From assembly GCA_040386535.1 (NCBI GenBank), contig JAZKFH010000019.1:128001-192000 (forward strand): a DNA stretch of 64,000 nucleotides, in the 5' to 3' direction. The DNA comes from Myxococcota bacterium. GTDB taxonomy: Bacteria > Myxococcota_A > UBA796 > SXON01. Positions 49,035 to 57,995 of the stretch are shown here, one piece after another. The notes under the pieces were generated by a model that made no database searches, was not told where the DNA came from, and worked only from the letters and a program-made list of their open reading frames with translations. A program made the translations under genes and the position numbers. Numbering within the stretch: position 1 is the first letter of the stretch; each line of letters begins with the position of its first letter.

Positions 49035-52000
49035 CACGAGAGCTCGACGTCGTACGGCCCCGCGGCGGCGACGTAGATGTGGTTGAACAGTGGCACCGGG
49101 CCCACAGCCGGCACGCTCCCCACTCCCCAGGCGGCGGCCAGGATCGAGTGATTCGGCAGCTCGTCGGGCACGACCACGCTCAAGTGGAAGGAGGACGGGC
49201 CGTCCATCCCGAAGTCGGCCGCCCAGCTCCACTGCTCCAGCAGGTAGACTCCGCCCGGCGCGCACGAGTCGCAGTTGGCTTTCCGCGATCCTCCTACGGC
49301 GTAGAGGCCGGCGATGGTCGGGTGTGGGGTGACCGCTCGGATGGAGAGCGGGAGTTCGCTCGCGGGGACTGCTGTGATGTAGCGGACCGGCTCGCGGGTG
49401 ACCGGGTCGAGCGTGATCCTGCAAATCCCTCCGAGGACCTCGCTACCGTCTCCTCCGAAGACGAGCAGGTAGTCTCCGTCCGGAGAGGCGGTGATCCCGC
49501 CGTAGTAATCTGGGCTGAGCCTCGTGGTGCCCCCGAAGGGGAACTCCGGGCCGCAGACGGGGTCGCCTCCGAAGGGAAGCGGCACCTTTTCCCACACCTC
49601 GGACGTGACGCCAGCCGTGCGATCGTACTCGAAGGTCACCGCATACAGCCCGCAATCCGTCGAACCTACGTACGCGCGCACGTCGCTGGTTGTGGTGTCG
49701 GGGTGGACGGCCATCGTCACCTTGGTGTTGGTGAAGAATAGATCCTCCGTGCAGTCTATGGTTACTTCTTCTTCGTTTACTACTACCGTTTGGGTGAAGA
49801 ACTCGGTCGGGGTGAAGGGCACCTGGGCGTAGATCAATCCACCGGCGCCCGTGTCCTCGACGATCCACAGACCCGCGCCGATGCCCGGATCGGTGCAGCG
49901 GGTCTTGTCAGGACCTCCGCCATCGGTGTCGTAGTGCCACTCTCCGCACGCCGGGGTGGCGGTCATCAGGGCGAAGTTCGGGCCGAGCGGTACGATCTCC
50001 TCCACGGAGCCCACCTCGTTCATCCCCATGACGGCGCCCTCGTCTAACGCGGCTGAGTTGTCGTTGCACGGCGCCCACATGTCCTGCCCCGGGTCCTCGT
50101 GTCCGCTATCCTGGCACTTTATGGACCAGCCGCCGGTAATCGCTTGGTTGATGAAGTTCCCCCGCCCCGCGACTGCGTTCCCGTCCCAGCACCAGTCCGT
50201 CCCCGCCTCGTCCGCGTCCCCGTAGTGGAGCAGCATGCGCGTGGCGCTGATGGAGTCGTTTGTGGTCTGGCCACGCAGACCGTACCAGACCTCGTAGTCC
50301 CCGCCGTACGCGGAATTCCAGACGCCTACCGCGTCGCCCCCGGTGCCGAGGACCGTTACGTTGCACGGGCGGTCGCCAGCAAATCGGTCGTTCCCGTCGG
50401 AAATGTCGTCGCCCCAGAGCCGCGCCATCGTGATGTCACCTACTCCGGCGTACACATGATCGGTCCAATCGAGGCGTAACGTGCTCCACTGGGCCGGCGC
50501 GACCGCCAGGTTGGACATGCTGGTGTCCTGAAACGTGTCCTCCGTTTCGGAATCGAGCCACGCCTGGTTGAACGGCAGATCGTCCAGGAGCCCGGAGGGG
50601 GAGTCCCATCCGGCGAGGCCGCCCGTAGAGGACTGCGGGATCCACCAGTGGAAGACCCCCGCCACCAGCAGGCGCACGCTGTTCCCGGTGTCGTAGAACA
50701 GCAGGTCGTGCGGCCCTGCGCCCGCGTAGACCTCGAGCAGCGGCTCGGCCCGGAGGAAGGACCCATTCACATCGACCTGGGCGCGGCGCGCCCGCGCCCC
50801 GTCCTGGTTGTAGAGATCGTCCCGCGTCCTGGCGTCGAGGAGCGGCTCCCAGCCGAGCACATCGTCCGGGTCCAGAGGGCCCTCGGGCAGCGGCGTGCGG
50901 AAGTGCTCGATGCACGCGAGGTCGCGCCTCTCCGCCCCCTGTTGGTACGACGCGAACATCCACTCCGCGTCTGGATCGATCGCCAGCGTGAGGATCTGAT
51001 TGTTCACGCTGCCCAGCGTCCCCGGGGGGATTAGCTCCCCGATCATCTCCGAGTCGGCGTGTTGCGGGCACTGGTACTCCGCCGTGGGGTCTCCAGTCCA
51101 GGTCGGCCCCTCGCCGGCCGCATGGAGGACCTGGGTGTCCGTGTCCCACATGTCGGAGACGATCGAAATGGCGTCTGCACCGCCATTTTCGTCGAAGTCA
51201 TCACCCCACACGTCCACCGCGCGCACCGTCGAGTGCTCATAGGCGCACTCGGGACACACGCAGCTAAGCTGGGGGTCCGCAGCGTCGCAGGCGCAGGGTT
51301 CGAAGACCTCTCTGACGCCCCCGTCGGCGACGAAGAACTGACCGTACACCGACGGATTCGGCTCGATGTCGCGGATGTCCATGGTCGTAGCTTCTCCGTC
51401 TACGGCCACACATTCGTAGTCCCCGTCGCAGCCCTGAAACGAGTCCACCGGCTCGCACACCCACAGGCCCTCCTCCGCCCACCCGGAGCGAACCCCGAAG
51501 CCGACGACAAACACGTACACGCCGTCCGAAACCTCGACGAACTCCGCGGCGCGCGGGAGCGCGTCCGGTAGCTGGTCGGCGTAGGGCCGACAGGCCTCCG
51601 GGTTGGCCTCCAGCGCGTTGTCCACCCACCAGACCCCTCGCATGTCCTCGTTCTGGCTCAGGACGTACACGTCATCCTCATACCCTGCGCTCGCGCCACC
51701 GGGGTCCGCCAAGAGAAGCTTGCCGGAGGTGTAGTCACGGACAGACCCCCCGCCGCACTCGTCGAAGTGCTTGCTGGCGCCCAGGGGCGCCGGAAAGGTC
51801 AACATTTCCAACATTTCCAACGTCACCGTCGGGATGATCTCCGTCCATTCCTCGCCAAAATCGTCGCTCCACCAGAGCCCGCCCCCGGAGGCATCCTCCT
51901 TGTAGCCCGTGAGCGCAAGGATGTGCGTTTCGTCGCCTGGGCCCATGTACTGGACCTCGATCGCATCCCACACGCCATAACCGCCCGCGTCCTTGAAGTT

Positions 52001-52771
52001 GTTGCGGTCGCCATTACCTTCCGTCCAGTCGGTCCCGTCGGTGGACCACGCGAAGCCGCCGACGTCGCTACCGCTGAAGAGGTACTCCTGGTACTGCGAC
52101 GCGCGGAGGAAGGTCTGGCGGCCGGCGTTCGGCAGCTTCATCGCCCGGACGGCCCCGCCGACCTCGGTCACCGGCGCGAACGCAGATGGGCCGTTGCCCA
52201 CCGTCATCCACTCGACCGTAGCCTTGGCGCCGAGGGGACCGAGGCACCCGAACTCGAGGTTCTGCACCACGTCACCCGGATCGACGCCCGGGAAGGGGAG
52301 CGCGTTCATCCCGGGCTGGAGGGTGAGCTTGACGGCGTTGGCCATGCCGGTGGAGCGCACCTTCACCCCGCAGGTCAACCCCTGGTCGATCTGGCCCACG
52401 TCAACGTGCAGCCAGAGCTGGCCCCCCTCCCACACGGGCTGAACGGCAAGGTTGGCCCGGCTCGCATTCTGACCCGCCCCCCGGAGTTCGAGCACCCCAT
52501 CCTCGATCTCGCCGTTCTGCACGATCCATTCGTTCGTCCGGTCGGCGCCGAAGTCGGTGGCGTAGTCACGCCGGACCAGCTGCTTGCCGTCACAGTCGTC
52601 GTCGTCCCCGTCGAGCGGCTCCTCGGCGGCCGCCGGATGCACGGCGGGATCGAAGTCGTCGCAATCGGGGTGAAGCCCGACGTTGGGCCAACCATCGGCA
52701 TCGGCATCGGCGGCGGACGCAGGCGATATCACGACGGGGAAGATGAGCGAGATCGCGGAAAGCAGAGTCAT
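49031..52771 (-). CDS. Large secreted protein with MopE-like motif and probable beta-propeller (BNR-like) region
   Basis: Signal peptide; DCDD.DP.VHP.A.E..DG.DDDCDG; WSTDGTDW, WSDDFGEEW. Confidence 0.8.
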   Translation of the reverse strand: MTLLSAISLIFPVVISPASAADADADGWPNVGLHPDCDDFDPAVHPAAAEEPLDGDDDDCDGKQLVRRDYATDFGADRTNEWIVQNGEIEDGVLELRGAGQNASRANLAVQPVWEGGQLWLHVDVGQIDQGLTCGVKVRSTGMANAVKLTLQPGMNALPFPGVDPGDVVQNLEFGCLGPLGAKATVEWMTVGNGPSAFAPVTEVGGAVRAMKLPNAGRQTFLRASQYQEYLFSGSDVGGFAWSTDGTDWTEGNGDRNNFKDAGGYGVWDAIEVQYMGPGDETHILALTGYKEDASGGGLWWSDDFGEEWTEIIPTVTLEMLEMLTFPAPLGASKHFDECGGGSVRDYTSGKLLLADPGGASAGYEDDVYVLSQNEDMRGVWWVDNALEANPEACRPYADQLPDALPRAAEFVEVSDGVYVFVVGFGVRSGWAEEGLWVCEPVDSFQGCDGDYECVAVDGEATTMDIRDIEPNPSVYGQFFVADGGVREVFEPCACDAADPQLSCVCPECAYEHSTVRAVDVWGDDFDENGGADAISIVSDMWDTDTQVLHAAGEGPTWTGDPTAEYQCPQHADSEMIGELIPPGTLGSVNNQILTLAIDPDAEWMFASYQQGAERRDLACIEHFRTPLPEGPLDPDDVLGWEPLLDARTRDDLYNQDGARARRAQVDVNGSFLRAEPLLEVYAGAGPHDLLFYDTGNSVRLLVAGVFHWWIPQSSTGGLAGWDSPSGLLDDLPFNQAWLDSETEDTFQDTSMSNLAVAPAQWSTLRLDWTDHVYAGVGDITMARLWGDDISDGNDRFAGDRPCNVTVLGTGGDAVGVWNSAYGGDYEVWYGLRGQTTNDSISATRMLLHYGDADEAGTDWCWDGNAVAGRGNFINQAITGGWSIKCQDSGHEDPGQDMWAPCNDNSAALDEGAVMGMNEVGSVEEIVPLGPNFALMTATPACGEWHYDTDGGGPDKTRCTDPGIGAGLWIVEDTGAGGLIYAQVPFTPTEFFTQTVVVNEEEVTIDCTEDLFFTNTKVTMAVHPDTTTSDVRAYVGSTDCGLYAVTFEYDRTAGVTSEVWEKVPLPFGGDPVCGPEFPFGGTTRLSPDYYGGITASPDGDYLLVFGGDGSEVLGGICRITLDPVTREPVRYITAVPASELPLSIRAVTPHPTIAGLYAVGGSRKANCDSCAPGGVYLLEQWSWAADFGMDGPSSFHLSVVVPDELPNHSILAAAWGVGSVPAVGPVPLFNHIYVAAAGPYDVELSW

Positions 52772-52976
52772 ATGCTCCCTCTGGGCAGGCAAGGGGCAGC
52801 AAGAGCGTCGCGCTGCACCGTTCGGGGAGCCTACGACACTCGCGACGCTCGCGCAAGAGGTTCCTCATCGCGAGCGGCGGGGCCTTCGGCGTCGCCGGGA
52901 GCCTCCGCGCGTCTCGCCCCCGGTCCGGCCCCCCGTCCGCCTGCGTCACGATGCGGCCCCCGCTTCCCCTGCGGCC

Positions 52977-53070
52977 GCGCCGCTCGGCGCCGCCCCCCGT
53001 TGCGACGCGCGTCGGGGTGCCGCTCTACCCCTCGTCGGTTTTCTGGCCGCTGGGGCTCGTTGTGCGCGAA
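52977..53070 (+). repeat. Dispersed repeat copy 2
   Basis: Matches 47116-47165 and 47247-47265. Confidence 0.8.
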
Positions 53071-53142
53071 GCGGCGCGCGCCCCATGGAGCGTACGAGCC
53101 CACCCGCCGGGACCGTGGTACCCTCAACTGCGAGAGGTGTTC

Positions 53143-53448
53143 ATGGCGGCGAAGGTTGGAAAAGGCGGCAATGCGGTGGTTCAGGACCTCGGCGCTGGGC
53201 GCAAGCTCTCGGTGACAGCGACGCCGGCCGGGCCGCGGGCGGCGGTGCACGAGGGCGGCGTTACCCGCGCCGTGGATCCGCGTGCCTACGGGGTTGAGAA
53301 GGTGTCGGGAAGCGCTGTGGGCGGCGGGAACACCCGCGTGACCCTCAAGGCCACGGATGGGACCGCCACTGATTTCACCACCACCAAGGGCGGGCGCCAA
53401 GCCGACGAGGTGGTCCACAACGGGCCGAACTCGAAGCCGAAGAAGTAG
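53143..53448 (+). CDS. Small Gly/Thr/Lys-rich hypothetical protein
   Basis: GAGGTG RBS; MAAKVGKGGNAVVQDLG...; strong GC3 bias. Confidence 0.65.
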   Translation: MAAKVGKGGNAVVQDLGAGRKLSVTATPAGPRAAVHEGGVTRAVDPRAYGVEKVSGSAVGGGNTRVTLKATDGTATDFTTTKGGRQADEVVHNGPNSKPKK

Positions 53449-53568
53449 CCCCCGCCGCGTCGCCCCTCGGCCCGTCCGCCGCGCGGCCCTCCTGGGCGCA
53501 CCCCGCCGCGCCAGGCGCCCGTCTCGAGGAGGCGGCGAAGAGTGCAAGCGCCCCGCCGCGGACGTCTG

Positions 53569-54350
53569 CTACCGCGAGACGGTACACCCCGAGAGCATCA
53601 TCTCGTACCAGTCAACCTCGGTGGACACGCTAAACGGTGCGCCCTTGCTCAGCGTAAAGACCGCCTCAGTGTTGACGCACAGGTCGGCAAAGGAGCGCGC
53701 TTCGCAGAAGACGCCCGGCACCGTGCTCGTCGCCGATACGAACTTGCCCTCAGCGATCTTGACCCTTTGCTGCCCGTATTCCTGGTGTTGTCCGCCGTCT
53801 TCAATGACGTAGATGATCAAGGTACCGTCCCCCTGGGCTGCTTGGCCGGGCGGGACCTTTAGGGCTTTGGCCGGCTGCGGAGCCTTGATCGCGTGCTCGC
53901 GGGTGCCGTCGGGGTCGCAGACCATGATGGACTGCATCGTCACCCGCTTCTTCGCGGCCGCGAGCTTCTCCTCGGCGAGACGAACCTCAACAGGCGCGGC
54001 ATCGAAGGTCAAGAGGCATTCGGTCGAGTATCCCCCTTCGGACTCCAAAACATCCCGTGTTGAACGCGAATGAACCCCCCGCGCTCCAGGGCGCCGCGCT
54101 TGAGGCCCTTGGTTTCGAGGTACCCCTCGGCCGCGAACGACCAGCTTGATACGGTAAACCCCGGCGGGGGCGCCAGCCCGCTCGGGTCGTACGTCGGCTC
54201 CTTCCCCCCCTCGACGATGGACACGATCACCTCGTCGGAGCCGGGATCCACGGATACCACCGGATGTACGTTCAGGTCGATTAAAGCACCATCTTTGCAT
54301 TCTGGCGGGGTAGCCGCCGACGCGGCGGCGATGAGGAGCAGGGCGGGCAT
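53569..54350 (-). pseudogene. Secreted hypothetical protein split by an apparent frameshift near 54050-54080
   Basis: Signal-peptide ORF MPALLLIAAASA... and downstream frame ...DVLESEGGYSTECL... overlap across G runs. Confidence 0.5.
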
Positions 54351-54490
54351 CGACAACGGGGACTCCGGACGTCCGGCCGACTATCGCGCACAACGCCCGC
54401 GGGTGGGCTGTCGCGGCGATGAGGCAGGCCGCTTACCCCGCCCCGCGTGGCGCATCCTCGTCGTGAGCTGGTGTATCCTCGCGCTACGAG

Positions 54491-55264
54491 GTGCCAGTGT
54501 CGGAGCGCATTACGGAAATCGTTGAAGTGCTTGCACATATTCGCTCGGGAGTGCCCGACCCGGCCCCGACGCCGCGCGACGTCGCCGCGGCGCGAGTCAA
54601 GGCCACGCGCCATGTCGCCGCGGTGCGCGGGATCGCCGAGGACACCGTGCGCGACAAGTACTCACGCCAGCTCGCTCCGGACATCTTCCATGTGCCCGCC
54701 TTCGAGCGGGCCGTGCACGCGTGGCTTCTCGGTCGGGATGAGGGGTTGCGCCGCGCCATGGAGGCGCACTCGGTAGACGACGAAGATCGCAAGCGCATCG
54801 CCGCGCTTTTCGGCTCGGACGCCATCGTCGTTAACCTCGACAACGCCCCGGATCTTCCGGGCGATGACCCCGATACCGATCCCGAACTTCCGCGCACGGA
54901 GGGCCGCCGCGTGACGCGGAGCCACCTGATCATCGAGCGCAACCGGAACGTCGTCCGCCAAGCGAAGGCGGCCTGGGAGGCCGCGGGGACCCTTCGATGC
55001 GAGACGTGCGGGTTCGACTTCGCTTCCGCCTATGGCGCGATCGGCGCCGGCTTCATCGAGGCCCACCACCGCCACCCATTGAGCCTGCAACACGGGCTGG
55101 TCGAGGTGCGCACGTCCGACCTCGTGCCGCTATGCGCCAACTGCCACCGCATGATCCACGTCTGCCCGGACTATTCGTTGGATCGGCTACGCTCGATCAT
55201 CGTAGCGAGCGGCGGACCGGCGACCGGCTGGGCGTGGGGTAAGTTGTCGAATAGCGGGGGGTAG
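54491..55264 (+). CDS. McrA-like HNH endonuclease
   Basis: EG....H...ERN, CETCGFDF...YG..G.GFIEAHH..PLS, DLVPLCANCHRMIH. Confidence 0.9.
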   Translation: MPVSERITEIVEVLAHIRSGVPDPAPTPRDVAAARVKATRHVAAVRGIAEDTVRDKYSRQLAPDIFHVPAFERAVHAWLLGRDEGLRRAMEAHSVDDEDRKRIAALFGSDAIVVNLDNAPDLPGDDPDTDPELPRTEGRRVTRSHLIIERNRNVVRQAKAAWEAAGTLRCETCGFDFASAYGAIGAGFIEAHHRHPLSLQHGLVEVRTSDLVPLCANCHRMIHVCPDYSLDRLRSIIVASGGPATGWAWGKLSNSGG

Positions 55265-55414
55265 GCACCACGCCCCCGATCTGGCCCGTGCCCCCTGGGC
55301 GCTGCACGCCGCCGCTCCCCGGTACGCGGTGCGGCCCGAGTCGGAAGCGCGGCGCATCCCTGAGGATGTGCGCGCACCGCGCTACGGGCTGCCCGAGCGA
55401 GGTTAGGCGGCGTG

Positions 55415-56302
55415 ATGGGCCCCCGATCCCTCGCCGCTGCCGACGCGCTGATCCCCGACGCACTTGTCGATACCGGCCGCGTAGTGGCTTACGTTGCGAA
55501 CTTCTTGTCCGCCGTCGAGCGGGGGGCGTTCCGTCGCGGCGGGGAACCCGTGCCCGAAGCCATGCTGATCCTGGCGGAGGACATGTTTGTCTTGTCGCTC
55601 GTCTGTCCCGACGGGTTTGGCTGGCACGAACGCCGCCGGCTGACCGGTTTAGTTGCGGACGGCGCCGCTGGCGCTTGGCTCGATAGCGGAAATGCACGCG
55701 TGGGCGCGATCCAAGCGTTGAGCCTATCTTTCGGCGGCCCTCAGGTGATGCCGATGGGCATGCCGCATCTGCTCCTAAACCCCGAAATCGACGCGCGAGG
55801 GCGGCTAATCCTGTATCTGGCCTTGAGCGGCCCGATCGCCTGGTCGGCCGCGTGGCGGGAGGTGACCACCCTGGCGCTCGCTCCGGATCGAATGTACGCG
55901 GATCTACTTGTCCTGTTGCACTTGTCTATGCGCTACGCTGAGAAGGATCAGCAATGGCGTTGGTGCAACGGGGTGGCTGGTCTCACGTCGCATGCCGTGC
56001 GGACGTACGTACAGCCGTTGCTCGCTGGTAACGCAGTCTCGAACCCCCTCTATGAGGCGGCGCGAAGCATGGTGTTTGGAGGAATGGACGCCGTAGCGCA
56101 GCGCGTCCACGATACGCCGCTGTTGCCCCCAGGAGAAGACGGCGAGCAGCTTTCGCTTCTGCGCCGGCACCACGCGCTGTTGCGAAAACGTGCCGCCATC
56201 GAAACGTTGGAAGCACAACCGTTTTTTCGCCCTACCTTCTGTTGGGGCGAGTTGCGCCCGTTTGATCCGGACCATCCGGCAGATCGTCGTCGGGGCCACT
56301 GA
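55415..56302 (+). CDS. Hypothetical protein
   Basis: ~295-aa protein-like ORF, no motif recognised. Confidence 0.6.
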   Translation: MGPRSLAAADALIPDALVDTGRVVAYVANFLSAVERGAFRRGGEPVPEAMLILAEDMFVLSLVCPDGFGWHERRRLTGLVADGAAGAWLDSGNARVGAIQALSLSFGGPQVMPMGMPHLLLNPEIDARGRLILYLALSGPIAWSAAWREVTTLALAPDRMYADLLVLLHLSMRYAEKDQQWRWCNGVAGLTSHAVRTYVQPLLAGNAVSNPLYEAARSMVFGGMDAVAQRVHDTPLLPPGEDGEQLSLLRRHHALLRKRAAIETLEAQPFFRPTFCWGELRPFDPDHPADRRRGH

Positions 56303-56555
56303 CCGTTCGGTCCGCGACGGTCAAATCGGGTTCGCCGGGCGCCATCGACCGCGCCAAGCGCTTTACCAATCCCGCGCGCGCGGGGGGAAGTACGCCGTGC
56401 TCGCCGATGTACGCGAGCGCGAGCCGGACCCCGCGCCGTGCCAGCTCCGAAGCCGAGATTTCATAGTCAATCCCGGCGTGACGCAGTTTACGCCAGAGGG
56501 GCACGGGCATCTCGATCTCCACGCGGCGGTGGCGTACGCGCTCTCGTTTTTTCAT
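56232..56555 (-). CDS. Ribbon-helix-helix-like small DNA-binding protein
   Basis: RVEIEMPVPLWRKLRHAGIDYEISASELARRGV pattern. Confidence 0.55.
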   Translation of the reverse strand: MKKRERVRHRRVEIEMPVPLWRKLRHAGIDYEISASELARRGVRLALAYIGEHGVLPPARAGLVKRLARSMAPGEPDLTVADRTVSGPDDDLPDGPDQTGATRPNRR

Positions 56556-56737
56556 GCCACAAGTGTAGCCCGTACGCCCGTAACAGGGGGGGCGTTACGG
56601 GTTTCAGGGGCCCCCGAGTTTACCGGATCCGCCGCGCTACTCCGGGCCGCGGCGCTGGCCGGCGCGCCTCGCCCGAGCGATTGTAGGTGTGCGGGTCGGC
56701 TCGTTTGTGTAGCGGGCCCCCAAACCAAGGAGACAAC

Positions 56738-56908
56738 ATGGCACGTCGGAATAGTGGCGCGGCGCTCGCGGATGACTCGTTTATGGACGCGGAAGGCGTG
56801 GAGTGGACTGAGGTTGACGAGGATGAGGCCGCGGAGCTTGAGGAATCGGGGGCTGAGGTGCTCCTGATTGCGCGCGCAACGGACGTCGAAGACGACGAGG
56901 ACGAGTAG
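56738..56908 (+). CDS. Very acidic 56-aa protein
   Basis: AAGGAG RBS; 21 of 56 residues are Asp/Glu. Confidence 0.7.
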   Translation: MARRNSGAALADDSFMDAEGVEWTEVDEDEAAELEESGAEVLLIARATDVEDDEDE

Positions 56909-56935
56909 TTCGACGCGGGCGCGACCGACGACGAC

Positions 56936-56965
56936 GACACGCGCGCGCCGAGCCGCGCGCGTGTC
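56936..56965 (+). terminator. GC-rich hairpin after the acidic ORF
   Basis: gacacgcgcgcg-ccgagc-cgcgcgcgtgtc 12-bp stem; no U tract. Confidence 0.4.
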
Positions 56966-57146
56966 CGCTCCCACCGGCATCGGGCAGGGCTCGCAGCTCG
57001 GCAACTTGAAGGCATCGCGGGCTGCTCCGCTCGGAACCGGCGTCGTTCAGCTCGTCCCGGCCGGTCAGGCCGGGCCGGCGGGCGGCGGGCGCGCACCTCA
57101 CCCGCTCACTCCCCCGCTCCTCGTCCGAGCCGGCCCCAGTCCGGCG

Positions 57147-57995
57147 CTATGCGGCCGGGACGTCGAGGACTCCGGATTCCAGAAACCATGGGTCGCGCGC
57201 AAGGGCGTCATAAAGCGCGCCGTTCCAGTTGTTTACTCGGGGGGTCAGGCGGCTCTCCGCCTCATCCTCAAGATAGTCGCGAAGCCCGGCAAATCCGCTA
57301 CCCCGGCGCAGCCCGAGTAGGCGCTCACGAATCAGCGTTAGCTCCTCGGCGGCGTGTGTGGAGAACAGCGCCGCGAGTCCGAATGCCACCATGTGAGCTT
57401 CAACTCGGCGGGCAAGATCCAGCGCCATGCCGATCGGTGGGTCAACGAAGTACTCGATCACCACCGGACTACAGCGCGTAACTCTCGCGTAAAGCCAACG
57501 TAGCGACGTGATATCATCGAAGTAGGGATGGATCGTGTTCTCGTCGGAGATCGTTCCAACTTTCGCCTGTTTCGTTTTGTTGCAATCAGCGCACGCGGGG
57601 ATGAGATTTCGCGGATGAACGCTTAGTGAAGGGTATTTTGATTTTGGAAGGTAGTGGTCCAGAGTAGAGACGACCCGCTGACCGCACAGGGGGCAGATCC
57701 TGGCGGCGCTACGGAGACGGTCATAGACCGGGCGGCCTGGTCCATCCGCAAGCTTGTCAGAATAGAGCGCCTTCATCTCGTCATTCGTAACGGTGATGGC
57801 GCCCTCGTTGACGTCCCGCCTCGCAACTACCAGATGGTAATCGGCGCTGGGCGCTTTAGCATCAAAAGAAGCCGCATCATCAGCTACGGTCAACTCGATG
57901 GCGATAAGTCTCGCGTTGCGATCGCCCGAATAGCCGGCCGCGCATAGCCGGTAGATATCGAGGGGATCATCGACCGGCGCGGCGACCGTACGCAT
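57147..57995 (-). CDS. ptuB: HNH nuclease of a Septu-like defence pair
   Basis: CPLCG....TLDHYLPKSKYP......NLIPAC.DCN; TAATG overlap with the ATPase. Confidence 0.8.
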   Translation of the reverse strand: MRTVAAPVDDPLDIYRLCAAGYSGDRNARLIAIELTVADDAASFDAKAPSADYHLVVARRDVNEGAITVTNDEMKALYSDKLADGPGRPVYDRLRSAARICPLCGQRVVSTLDHYLPKSKYPSLSVHPRNLIPACADCNKTKQAKVGTISDENTIHPYFDDITSLRWLYARVTRCSPVVIEYFVDPPIGMALDLARRVEAHMVAFGLAALFSTHAAEELTLIRERLLGLRRGSGFAGLRDYLEDEAESRLTPRVNNWNGALYDALARDPWFLESGVLDVPAA

